Below, one piece after another: positions 17,942 through 26,865 of a stretch of 64,000 bases of DNA. The DNA lies in the IMG/VR virus record IMGVR_UViG_3300028920_000043, positions 1 to 64,000 of that record; one strand, written 5' to 3'. The DNA comes from a virus. How positions within the stretch are numbered: the stretch's first letter is position 1; every line of letters starts with the position of its first letter. A program made the position numbers and the translations under genes. The notes beneath the pieces were generated by a model. The model saw nothing but the letters and a program-made list of their open reading frames with translations. It made no database searches and was not told where the DNA came from.

Positions 17942-18537
17942 CCGAGACGCTCAGCGATCTCTCGGCATGTCCAACATGGCTCTGTCTGTCCTTTCGATCT
18001 GCACTCTGCATGATTCAAGAATGTCTGTTCGAGTTTAGATCTCACGCCAGGAATTATTTCCATCAGGATGTGCTGCAGTTGTTCCTTCGTCAACCTCTTT
18101 ACCCAGTCCTCCGGAACAGGATTGATTGATGGCACTGCCATATCCACTTGGATGGTCTTACCTGAATCCCCGTTCCACATATAACCGAGCTTGGCATTTT
18201 TCAACAATGCACATACTGCCTCACCAATCTTCTTGGCATCAATACCAATCTCTTTGTTCTTCTTGATGGTTAATGAGCAGTATCGAATATGCAACCAACC
18301 ACTGCTATACATACTGTCTTTGTCCTGCCTGTGATAATACACAGCGCCCTTGATTGATTCCGCACTGCGCTTCCCCGCATCAATCAATCCTTCTGCTATC
18401 TCAGCCAGTTCGAATCCAGCGCAACTCGCGCAACAACTGAAATTCATACGGGCAAGGAATCCCTGCTTCCTCAACTTCTTAAATACATCTTTCAACGCTT
18501 CAACTCTTTCCTGTGATACTGTTCTCTGCCTCCTCAT
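17932..18537 (-). CDS. Conserved hypothetical protein (DUF6891-like)
   Basis: F..LRKQG.LARMNFSCCASC and YYHRQD; start after AGGAGGCAGAACA. Confidence 0.6.
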   Translation of the reverse strand: MRRQRTVSQERVEALKDVFKKLRKQGFLARMNFSCCASCAGFELAEIAEGLIDAGKRSAESIKGAVYYHRQDKDSMYSSGWLHIRYCSLTIKKNKEIGIDAKKIGEAVCALLKNAKLGYMWNGDSGKTIQVDMAVPSINPVPEDWVKRLTKEQLQHILMEIIPGVRSKLEQTFLNHAECRSKGQTEPCWTCREIAERLGCI

Positions 18538-18551
18538 TGTTCTGCCTCCTA

Positions 18552-18851
18552 TTACTCTCCAAATATGTCCTTGAGTTTTTGCATGGCTATATATGTTGCG
18601 CCTATGCGTCCGATCTTGGTGGCGCAAAGCATTTCCTCATAGCACTCTGCCAATCCAAGCTTAACAATACGCTTCAGCAATTCCGATTCTGACTTCTTCC
18701 AGAACTTGCTGATGATCATAAAATCAACTGCCGGTTTACCTTTCAGACGAAACTTAATGTCTGCCTGAAAGGTCTCGCCAGCTTGATGCCGCTTGATCAG
18801 TTCCGCTACCTCAGTAATTAGTTCACCGTCTATTTCTTTTTTCTTTGCCAT
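18552..18851 (-). CDS. Hypothetical protein, possible ribbon-helix-helix
   Basis: IKFRLKG strand followed by helices (KSESELLKRIV). Confidence 0.45.
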   Translation of the reverse strand: MAKKKEIDGELITEVAELIKRHQAGETFQADIKFRLKGKPAVDFMIISKFWKKSESELLKRIVKLGLAECYEEMLCATKIGRIGATYIAMQKLKDIFGE

Positions 18852-18864
18852 CAGTATCTCCTTT

Positions 18865-19101
18865 CTAATCCTCAAGAATGTCAACCTTGTATAGTTTCGG
18901 CGTTTTCTTTTTCGGACGATCAGCCTTTGCTTTCTTTTCAAAGGCCTCTTCGATTTCTTTTTGTACTTTATGAAATCGAGTCATGGCGCTCTTCCAACGT
19001 CTAGAGATCTTGTCATCGACCTCTAGACAATCAGCGTTCTGCCTATCGTCCGAAATAAAATGGAAGGGATAGTAGCTATCCGTATGAATATAGATCTTCA
19101 T
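18865..19101 (-). CDS. Hypothetical protein
   Basis: 78-aa ORF with RBS. Confidence 0.55.
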   Translation of the reverse strand: MKIYIHTDSYYPFHFISDDRQNADCLEVDDKISRRWKSAMTRFHKVQKEIEEAFEKKAKADRPKKKTPKLYKVDILED

Positions 19102-19112
19102 CGTCTCCCCCC

Positions 19113-20024
19113 TTACTTTGTAATGACGCTCTTGATTTCTTTCGTGATATTATCCAGCTCTTTGTCAAGATCCTTTGCTTCCTTTTGCAAATAAATCTTG
19201 TATGCCTCAACCTTTGTCCGAAGCTTCATCACATCGTTAAGACGCACTTCAGTAGAGTACTCGATTTTTTTGCTTTCCGGATCCAACTTCTTTACCTTCT
19301 CCTTTAGGTCTTCTATCATGTCTTTCGCTTCTGTCACGATTGCTCTCTTCAGCGCCCGTCTACTGTTGTTACCATCAGGCATCGGAACGAAATCAAATGC
19401 CACATCTCCCGGCATCATCTCAAAAAGCTTAATCATCTTCTCACCAATAATCTTACCTTCCGGCGGCACGAAATACAGACCTCCGGCTTTCCGCATCCGA
19501 ATCAAGTCCGCTTCTTTGTAGAACAGATCTTTCACGAACTTCCGAAAGTCCTCAGTCCTGTATGTCTGCGCCGTAATCTTGAATAGGTCAATCATTTGTT
19601 TCTTCAGTTCATTGTTATCTGAAATGATAAAGGCATCCGGACCTTGTCCAACCCTCAAGGCTTCTTTATCAATTGCGATTCTTGCTTCATACTTGAAACT
19701 GATCTTCTTGTCTACCCGTTCACTCAATTTCGCCTTCGTCAGTTCGTGCTTGTCAATCTGATATACAATCTTATTACTGTCCTCCTCAACTCGTGTCAGT
19801 GTGTCCGACTCAACCAACTGCTTAAGCGCCCTAGTGAACGCCTTACAGTCCCGGATATCCTTTATTGCGTTCTTGTCAAATCCTGCCTTCTCCACCACCT
19901 TCTGAAAATCATTTATGGTTATGCGTACCATATAGCAATCCCAATACGCCCAGTAACCAAGAACGTTACCATTCTGCGCTGCGTCTTGTGCAGCTTTCTT
20001 AACTCCCTTTGCTGTCCGTACCAT
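19113..20024 (-). CDS. Conserved hypothetical protein with C-terminal coiled coil, linked to the MoxR/VWA pair
   Basis: GGAGGAGG before MVRTAK; LGYWAYW and GGLYFVP motifs. Confidence 0.6.
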   Translation of the reverse strand: MVRTAKGVKKAAQDAAQNGNVLGYWAYWDCYMVRITINDFQKVVEKAGFDKNAIKDIRDCKAFTRALKQLVESDTLTRVEEDSNKIVYQIDKHELTKAKLSERVDKKISFKYEARIAIDKEALRVGQGPDAFIISDNNELKKQMIDLFKITAQTYRTEDFRKFVKDLFYKEADLIRMRKAGGLYFVPPEGKIIGEKMIKLFEMMPGDVAFDFVPMPDGNNSRRALKRAIVTEAKDMIEDLKEKVKKLDPESKKIEYSTEVRLNDVMKLRTKVEAYKIYLQKEAKDLDKELDNITKEIKSVITK

Positions 20025-20040
20025 TTTAATCCTCCTCCGA

Positions 20041-21423
20041 TTAGATCGAAAATATATCTTGATACTGACTGGTATCGTTTGAACGTTTATCCAATACTTC
20101 ACAATAACTATCCGATATGTCTGCCAGATCATCCTTTGCTTTATCTGCATCATTGCCCGACAGTGATCCAATGAAAACCGAGTATAATGCAAAGCCCTCC
20201 TTTCCTTTAATTGATTTGAATGACCGCTTGTATTCAGCGCTCATGCTACAATAACCATCCGTTATGAAAAGCACGTCTGGTGCTTTCGTATCTGACTCAT
20301 ACTCCTTAATGATATTGACCGAACGATTCAACGGTTGAGTGAATTCTGTTCCTCCATGCGGCATGAACTCAATTAACTGCATCAATGCCTCACCGTCCAC
20401 AATACCATTCTGTATGATCTGCTTATCAAATACTATTCCACCATTGAACAGGATAATATGATAGTCTCTCCTTTCCATAATGCAAGTTCTATGAATCATC
20501 AACGCTACTGCCTTCGCCCACTCGAATCTACGATTGGCAGTCATGGAGGAACTGACATCCATACAAACAACTACCGGGCCACGTGCCAAATCATCAACAG
20601 CACCGCGCAATTTATACTCCATCAAGCGCTTCTCAATGAATGATAAGTAAAACTCCTTGCGCCGTCCATTGCGTAACTTGACCAACTCTGTAGGAAGCAA
20701 TCGTGATATGTTGTCACCGATGCCGACCTCATAGACCTCATCCACTCCGTGACTCAACTTTGATTGAGATGTCTTCTTTGCTGTTTCCCGAAATCGTCCC
20801 GCCAAATCAATTATAGCTTTCAACTCATCATTATCTTTGATGAGTTCAACAAGTTTACTCGCTTGTTCCATTGTAACATTCTTCTTTTCTAACGGCTCTT
20901 TACTATCTCCCGCAAGCAATCCAAATGCAATCTTGAGGCTCTCAACCTCCTTCTCTGCTTCTTTTATTGCATCATTGATTGCCACGCGAACCATTGCCGC
21001 TGTGTCAGATGTTGCATCATTCAAATCTTCTTTTCCTGATGCTATCTGATCCAATGCTTTGCTTGCCTCATTGCCTCCTTTCTTATTCATTCCAAACTTA
21101 TCCATAATTTGTTTTGCTAATGACAAAGCACCCGCGGCGGATACACGTTGATCCATACGAGATGCTCGGCGCATCTTTTCTGCCTTGTCTGACATTCTAA
21201 ATCCTTCGATTATTTTAGAATGCTTTTCGGTTCCGGAATAGCCTTTATTCGGCGCTGGATTTGCTTTGTATAGCGAACTGTAAAAGTCCTGCAACATATT
21301 ATCCAGATCACCATACGTTGAATTCTCACGCACTATATCTGCTTCCGGAAACTCATCCAAGGACTCTTTACACGCCATTACATCAAAATCATCACAGCGA
21401 ATATATAAGTCCTCAGTTTTCAT
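20041..21423 (-). CDS. VWA-domain protein (ViaA-like)
   Basis: ISRLLPTEL, GPVVVCMDVSSSM (MIDAS), GGTEF, FITDG. Confidence 0.85.
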   Translation of the reverse strand: MKTEDLYIRCDDFDVMACKESLDEFPEADIVRENSTYGDLDNMLQDFYSSLYKANPAPNKGYSGTEKHSKIIEGFRMSDKAEKMRRASRMDQRVSAAGALSLAKQIMDKFGMNKKGGNEASKALDQIASGKEDLNDATSDTAAMVRVAINDAIKEAEKEVESLKIAFGLLAGDSKEPLEKKNVTMEQASKLVELIKDNDELKAIIDLAGRFRETAKKTSQSKLSHGVDEVYEVGIGDNISRLLPTELVKLRNGRRKEFYLSFIEKRLMEYKLRGAVDDLARGPVVVCMDVSSSMTANRRFEWAKAVALMIHRTCIMERRDYHIILFNGGIVFDKQIIQNGIVDGEALMQLIEFMPHGGTEFTQPLNRSVNIIKEYESDTKAPDVLFITDGYCSMSAEYKRSFKSIKGKEGFALYSVFIGSLSGNDADKAKDDLADISDSYCEVLDKRSNDTSQYQDIFSI

Positions 21424-22547
21424 TGATCCGCCTCCACCAATACCGTTGAAAGCATTTCCAGTTTGTCCTGAATGTATTCTTCCAGCTTCTTCAGATCCTC
21501 ACTACTTGAATAACGTTTCTTGGCGTCCCTCAACTTCTTCCTCAGCTCTTTTACTTTTTCAATCACTTCAGTGCATTCCGTTTGGACTTTCAAATCAGCA
21601 TTATTCAATATAGATTGAATGTTGTTTGAAATTTCCAATGCCACTTTACCTGCAGGATTGACCGACTCCATAATCACATCAACTACTAATGCAATCTGCG
21701 CTTCTTCCTTCCATAACGCATCCTTTAGAATCATAAGATCACTGACTTGGACTGCGTGATTGCCATTGAGGTATGCATTGGCCTTGATAAGTTTGATCGC
21801 TTGACGCCATTTCCTATCTGACGCCACTATTCCTTTCTGCATCAAATTAATTCTAATATCCTTCACTTTCTGGAACACGTCATTGCTGATACTCACTTTA
21901 TTCTCCACGTCCTTCTGACAACGTTCCAACTCCATCAATGAGATCTTCGGACCCGATGACGGATCAACATCGCTCATCTGTAACAGTGTCAAGAAATCAT
22001 CGTCACCAATATAATGTACCACGTACTTAAGAGCAAATCTGTCAAACATCGCTCCCAACTCTTCGCCTTCCGGAAACTCATTACTTGCCGCCACCATTGT
22101 TTGTAATGGCGTGTCCAGAATGTTTGTACCATTCTCGAACTTGCGCTCATTCATCTGGCGCAGTAATGAATTGAGTATTGCTGAATTGGCCTTGTAGACC
22201 TCATCAAGGAACGCAATAGTAGCGTCCGGCAATTTGTTTTCAATCTTGCGCTCATACTTATCATGCTCCAATCCCTTTAACGAGATCGGCCCATTTACCT
22301 CCTCTGGTGTGGAGTACTTGGTCATTAACTGCTGAAAGAACTTCGCGTCCTTAATGCACAAGCAACCTGCCAATGCCAACAATGATTTTGCTGTACCAGG
22401 AGGCCCCACCATAAGCATATGCTCTCTTGCCAATAAAGCAACGAGAAAGCCGCGTATCTCGTCCTCTCTGGAAATCAATACACTCTCCAACCATTCCTTT
22501 ATCCTGCTCATCTTGATTCCATGAGCATTCATCTTTTCCTTTGCCAT
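21420..22547 (-). CDS. MoxR/RavA-family AAA+ ATPase
   Basis: GPPGTAKS, FLDEVYKANSAILNSLL, ASNE.P, FDRF, SDRKW. Confidence 0.92.
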   Translation of the reverse strand: MAKEKMNAHGIKMSRIKEWLESVLISREDEIRGFLVALLAREHMLMVGPPGTAKSLLALAGCLCIKDAKFFQQLMTKYSTPEEVNGPISLKGLEHDKYERKIENKLPDATIAFLDEVYKANSAILNSLLRQMNERKFENGTNILDTPLQTMVAASNEFPEGEELGAMFDRFALKYVVHYIGDDDFLTLLQMSDVDPSSGPKISLMELERCQKDVENKVSISNDVFQKVKDIRINLMQKGIVASDRKWRQAIKLIKANAYLNGNHAVQVSDLMILKDALWKEEAQIALVVDVIMESVNPAGKVALEISNNIQSILNNADLKVQTECTEVIEKVKELRKKLRDAKKRYSSSEDLKKLEEYIQDKLEMLSTVLVEADQ

Positions 22548-22623
22548 TGTTCTGCCTCCTCACATTATCAATCCGGGTTTTGATTTCAACTAACTTTCTG
22601 AGCCTCTCCGCTTGATCCGCCAC

Positions 22624-22932
22624 TTACTCATCTCCTTCCTCATCCCAATCATCTCCTTCCTCATCCCAATCATCTTCATCCTCTTCGCTTTCCTTCTCAT
22701 CAATCAATGCCTCATCCGAATCCTCCAACTGCTCTCTGAGCCGATCCAGATTGGGATCGTTTGAAAGAAAGCCATGACTGTTAGTGTGATAGATCTTGAG
22801 ATGATCAATGAGATAAGCGCGCGTCATACCTTCAATACCCAAACCGCTCACCGCCTTCTCAATCAACTCAATCACTTCACCCAGCTTCTCCTGCGCGTCA
22901 TCAATGCATTCTATTCTCTCGTCCTTTGTCAT
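22624..22932 (-). CDS. Hypothetical protein with repeated DDWDEEG tail
   Basis: 21-bp tandem repeat at about 22628-22680. Confidence 0.6.
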   Translation of the reverse strand: MTKDERIECIDDAQEKLGEVIELIEKAVSGLGIEGMTRAYLIDHLKIYHTNSHGFLSNDPNLDRLREQLEDSDEALIDEKESEEDEDDWDEEGDDWDEEGDE

Positions 22933-23054
22933 CGTCCTTCACCTCCTTTCCTGGTTTTTGTTTTCCTTGCACGTTTACGCCGCATCTTCAACACGTGCTT
23001 CTTGTGCGCCTCACGATCCTCAACCAACTCAAGCACTTTCGTTTTCCGTTTCAT
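22929..23054 (-). CDS. Small basic protein (41 aa), absent from the ORF track
   Basis: AGGAGGCAGAGC-ATG; MKRKTKVLELVEDREAHKKHVLKMRRKRARKTKTRKGGEGR; the stop overlaps the next ATG. Confidence 0.6.
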   Translation of the reverse strand: MKRKTKVLELVEDREAHKKHVLKMRRKRARKTKTRKGGEGR

Positions 23055-23067
23055 GCTCTGCCTCCTT

Positions 23068-23121
23068 TTCAAATTGATCCAGTTCATTAGCTTTCATGCG
23101 TGAAAGCTTTTTAACTAGCTC
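23068..23121. repeat. Dispersed palindrome, copy 4 (core 23091-23106, opposite orientation)
   Basis: CCAGTTCATTAG-CTTTCATGCGTGAAAG-CTTTTTAACTAG. Confidence 0.9.
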
Positions 23122-23158
23122 TGCCTCCTTATTAAGATTAATGACTTAAATCATTTAC

Positions 23159-23362
23159 TTACTCATTCCGACCAACACTCCTACCATGCTCATCTTGCCA
23201 CCATTCTGTTGAAGAGTGTTCTGCCTGTAAGTATTCCGAAACATCGTACTCCAATGTTTCCAAGACATCCATTACATTGGTATTGGTCTCTTCAGCATAG
23301 GTAATTATACTTTCACTGATCTTCTTAATCATATCCTTTTTATTAATGTCTTTCGCCACCAT
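23159..23362 (-). CDS. Hypothetical protein
   Basis: AGGAGGCAGAACA-ATG leader. Confidence 0.6.
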   Translation of the reverse strand: MVAKDINKKDMIKKISESIITYAEETNTNVMDVLETLEYDVSEYLQAEHSSTEWWQDEHGRSVGRNE

Positions 23363-23387
23363 TGTTCTGCCTCCTCAAAATAAAATA

Positions 23388-23579
23388 TTAATGAAAATCA
23401 AAACCAAGGATTGCTGCGTCATTCAAAATCATGTTATTGTAAGCAATGATTTCTTTCTCAGTACAATCCTTGAAGACTTCTTCTTCTGCTTTATTGTACT
23501 GATCTGAAAAATCAATATGATTCTCATCCACGCTTATCCTGCTAAAGATTTCCTTTTTAATATCTGCAGGACTTCTCAT
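23388..23579 (-). CDS. Hypothetical protein
   Basis: GAGGAG RBS before MRSPAD. Confidence 0.55.
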   Translation of the reverse strand: MRSPADIKKEIFSRISVDENHIDFSDQYNKAEEEVFKDCTEKEIIAYNNMILNDAAILGFDFH

Positions 23580-23638
23580 TTTATATCTCCTCAAAATAAA
23601 ATGAATGTTTACGCGCCGGGTACGCGGGTTTATTGATC

Positions 23639-23881
23639 TTACAGAAACTGAATGTCTGTCATCTTCTCAACAATGTCCAGGAAAGAAATAGCGTCCTGTT
23701 CAGTTTCAAAATCATAGGACGTCTCCCTACCACTCTCTTCGTGATAGTGAGCAACTACATATGTAAACTTTCCATCATCATCATACTCCACTATGGTACT
23801 TATGCATCCTTCCTTCTCGCGCTTGCATACCATCCGCGCCTTTCCAATCGCTTCCAATTCATTCTTTTTCTCAAACAACAC
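23639..23881 (-). CDS. Hypothetical acidic protein, first gene after the hammerhead
   Basis: GAGGAGGTG RBS at 23886-23894. Confidence 0.6.
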   Translation of the reverse strand: MLFEKKNELEAIGKARMVCKREKEGCISTIVEYDDDGKFTYVVAHYHEESGRETSYDFETEQDAISFLDIVEKMTDIQFL

Positions 23882-23907
23882 AATTCACCTCCTCTAAAAA
23901 ATGTTAT

Positions 23908-23980
23908 ATGGCTGTCTCATCAGTACCGCGGCACCACCCGCGATATATGAGCGCCCAAACAAGCGCGCTCATTTCAACAA
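23908..23980 (-). ncRNA. Type II hammerhead ribozyme
   Basis: Minus strand: TTGTT-GAAA-TGAGCGC(loop)GCGCTCA-TA-TATCGCGG(GTGGTG)CCGCGGTA-CTGATGA-GACAG-CCAT. All core nucleotides and three stems are present; loop I can pair with the 3' GCCAT (pseudoknot); predicted cleavage between 23946 and 23945. Confidence 0.9.
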
Positions 23981-24039
23981 GAAGGATTTGAAGTATTTCT
24001 TTTTCCTATTCAACAGGTATCCGATAACGCCTTCAACGT

Positions 24040-24583
24040 TTCGGTGATCAGGAATCCTTGTTGTAATACGTCCAGGCTGAATTGACTTACATGGCTAACA
24101 TGATGATTGCTGTCCGTGACCGCCGCGCCGATCACAATTAAATCTTCTTCGCGGTTTATTTTGAATCATCATAAAACGCCAACGCTCGACCTACTCACAC
24201 CAAAATGCCGCTCTCACTTTCTCGTGGGTGCTTTCGCATCATTCAAAACAAGGCTTGCTAATCCAACCCCTGCCCGACCTTGGAGGACGTGTCCCTATTC
24301 TAGTCTCCTACTTCCTTACTCGCCGTTGTCAATGTATTGTGGGCCGCGCTTACCCAATCGCTTCGCTTCGCGTTTTTTGCCATCGGCATTTATTGACAAC
24401 CATCAGCTTTGGTTTTCAGATTTCGATACCGTCCAACTTCGTCTAGCGCTGTCCGCCGCGCTGCATCGAGCAACTCCCAACTTGGCTTTGTGTTTTTAAT
24501 GTGCGTTTTCCGCGCCGCTTGCACTTGCGCGCTCGCCTTGTCTTCGTTGCTTATATTGTTGTCAATGATCACCTTCCCGCTTC
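24040..24583 (-). ncRNA. Candidate large structured ncRNA (~540 nt)
   Basis: No credible ORF; 5' GGTGATCA pairs with 3' TGATCACC; several 7-9-bp internal helices; GCAA and GAAA tetraloops and G-U pairs favour the minus strand; TATGAT -10-like box just upstream. Confidence 0.55.
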
Positions 24584-24731
24584 AATATAATCATACCTTG
24601 TAAATGAACTAGATCCACCTTAAAATCATAAAAATTTCCGGACATAATAATAATGTATAATGAAAATATTAGGAATTTCTTCCTAAAATATTCTATATAA
24701 ACAGTTAGGACAAAATACCGGAATTTGAAGG

Positions 24732-24755
24732 AAAAGGTGTGTTTTCACACCTTTT
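24732..24755 (-). terminator. Intrinsic terminator at the end of the replication operon
   Basis: AAAAGGTGTG-AAAA-CACACCTTTT overlapping the stop codon of the primase Zn-finger gene. Confidence 0.65.
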
Positions 24756-25371
24756 TAGATACCCGTGTTTTTCGGGTGTTTTGACGTGTTTTGCCGCGTT
24801 TGGGGACGGGATCATACATACCAAATATAGCACGGGAATACTGTAGGAATCGCCGCACTCGCTTGGGAGTTACTCTCATGGATTCAAATAAGTCTTCCAC
24901 CTCCTCCAACAAGTATAAGTATATCGAACCAAGATAATATCCTACTCTCTTCTCATGCTTTACATACAGTTTCAATACTTCTTGGATTACTTCATGTTTC
25001 AATGTCTCTTGGATTTCATTGTAGTAAGTTTTGATAGGCTGGTATTCTGGATACTCTGATTTCTCTACTTTCAATAAATCATCTTTTGATATCTTGACGC
25101 CTGCCCACTTTGCGGCCTTTCTCAATGCATCCTTGAATTCCAATCCATCCTTTATCTGAATTAGATTTATTACATCACCACGCTTGCCGCATCCAAAGCA
25201 ATTGAAACGAGAACCATCCGCAAAGATAGAAAACGATGCTTCCGCTTCTTGATGGAACGGGCATCGTATCTTCTGCTTGCCAGCGTTTGATTTTATCTCT
25301 ATGCCGTAGCGCTCAAGGGCTTGGATCACTGACAAGCGATCCTTGATTCTTCTTATTTGATTTTCTAACAT
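24745..25371 (-). CDS. DnaG-type CHC2 zinc-finger protein (no TOPRIM domain)
   Basis: CPFHQE...SF.I...FNCFGCGKRGDVI...F.DAL..AA; only 208 aa. Confidence 0.82.
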   Translation of the reverse strand: MLENQIRRIKDRLSVIQALERYGIEIKSNAGKQKIRCPFHQEAEASFSIFADGSRFNCFGCGKRGDVINLIQIKDGLEFKDALRKAAKWAGVKISKDDLLKVEKSEYPEYQPIKTYYNEIQETLKHEVIQEVLKLYVKHEKRVGYYLGSIYLYLLEEVEDLFESMRVTPKRVRRFLQYSRAIFGMYDPVPKRGKTRQNTRKTRVSKKV

Positions 25372-26855
25372 TAGTCTTCTGAAGCAAAGGAATCGTCATC
25401 TTCAAATAATTGTTTCTCAATATCTTTTTCCAAGGAGTCTGCATCAGCTTTCTTCAGCTCCTTATCCACTCCCAACTTCGCGTTTACTTCTTCGTCTTTC
25501 AATATATCAGGACCGACCAAGTTAGTTGAGAAACGCTGTTGCGTGAATCTACCCTTCAAACATATATCTCCACCACGATTCTTTGCCAGGCCTATATTAA
25601 CCAATCCGGATGGTCTATGTGCCTCTCCTACGAATAACCATGGCATTGCATCCGCTGTTCTTTCTGCAATAGATGTCTCACTGAAATCATCCATTAAATA
25701 AAACCCACCACGATCCCGCGCTCTTCGTTTACCGTCCCTACTGATCTGCCATGCTGACAATATCGGTATTCCTTTTCCTTCGTTGAAGCTCAATGCCAAC
25801 TCTTTTGTATCCTCTAATAATCCTGACTGTTCATAACGCTTGTTCCCTGTTACCTTTTTGGGAGCTACCAACTGCAAATAATCAATGAATACCGCATCAA
25901 TGTTTATTGAGTAATGACAATAGTTCAGCATATCGCGTATAGACCATACTGTCGTATTTGCTGGTGCTTGCCATATGATAAACTTACCACGTTTCATATC
26001 CATCCAACTTCTTATTGTTCTCTTATATCTTTTATATTCCTTCGGCATCAATTCGCCTTTACTCAATCGTGAATAATTGACACCAATCGTTCTTTGTCTT
26101 ATATAGTTTGAATGACAGCACTGTAGCCTTCGCTTCACTTGATCCTTGGTCTCTTCCAATGTTACAAATAAAACATTATGGCCTTCCGCTACAGCATTGC
26201 GTGCCACATTAATCATGGTAGTTGTTTTTCCTTCAGATGTGAACGCTCCCAGTAGCCATAGATTACTCGGATATAATCCTCCTGTAAGATTATCCCAAAG
26301 CTGAATACCGGTCGGTATGTGTTTCTTATGTTGTTTAAGCAGATCTTCATACTCGTCTATACTATTTACAAAGTCATCATCTGTATCTATCAATTGATCT
26401 TCTTGTGGAGACTGTCCCCGAATATCCATAAGCCCCTCGGTCATTAACCGCTCAGCCTTATCCGGATCCTTATCCTCCTCATTAGCCATTACTACTTCAT
26501 AAAGTTTCTTATTGATTAAGCGCCGTTTGTATTCTCGCTTAAGCGCATCAAGTAAAAACTCAAACTGATTACTTGACAGCTCGTCTATCTTTGCCAGCTC
26601 TGTGAAAAAGATAGTCAGCTTCTCACGCGTCTTTGGCTTCTTTATCGTTCCCAAATACGTCTCGAAACTTTCAAGATCCATATGCTTACCTGTACGCCTG
26701 TGGTAATTTCGGATCTTATTGAATACCGCTCTTGCTATCTTTGAATAAAAATACTTTGAGCTTATTCCTTTTAATCCTGCTAACCGATGGGGTTGCTCCA
26801 ATAATCCAAATATTATTTGAAGCTCTATCATCGTGAAGTCGTGTTCATCCGCCAT
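25371..26855 (-). CDS. DnaB-like replicative helicase
   Basis: IPTG...TGGL, Walker A AFTSEGKTT, LEE, IDYLQL, QISR, KNRGG. Confidence 0.92.
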   Translation of the reverse strand: MADEHDFTMIELQIIFGLLEQPHRLAGLKGISSKYFYSKIARAVFNKIRNYHRRTGKHMDLESFETYLGTIKKPKTREKLTIFFTELAKIDELSSNQFEFLLDALKREYKRRLINKKLYEVVMANEEDKDPDKAERLMTEGLMDIRGQSPQEDQLIDTDDDFVNSIDEYEDLLKQHKKHIPTGIQLWDNLTGGLYPSNLWLLGAFTSEGKTTTMINVARNAVAEGHNVLFVTLEETKDQVKRRLQCCHSNYIRQRTIGVNYSRLSKGELMPKEYKRYKRTIRSWMDMKRGKFIIWQAPANTTVWSIRDMLNYCHYSINIDAVFIDYLQLVAPKKVTGNKRYEQSGLLEDTKELALSFNEGKGIPILSAWQISRDGKRRARDRGGFYLMDDFSETSIAERTADAMPWLFVGEAHRPSGLVNIGLAKNRGGDICLKGRFTQQRFSTNLVGPDILKDEEVNAKLGVDKELKKADADSLEKDIEKQLFEDDDSFASED

Positions 26856-26865
26856 TGTTGTTTTC

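Noticed and set aside
22351-22623. 90-aa minus ORF overlapping the MoxR start
   Set aside because: Mostly an out-of-frame overlap with the ATPase gene; no recognisable features
24107-24603. ORFs 24107-24499 (+), 24228-24446 (+), 24409-24603 (+) and 24390-24572 (-)
   Set aside because: No convincing RBS, atypical composition, mostly against the genome-wide strand; RNA structure explains the region better, though the 60-aa minus ORF is not formally excluded
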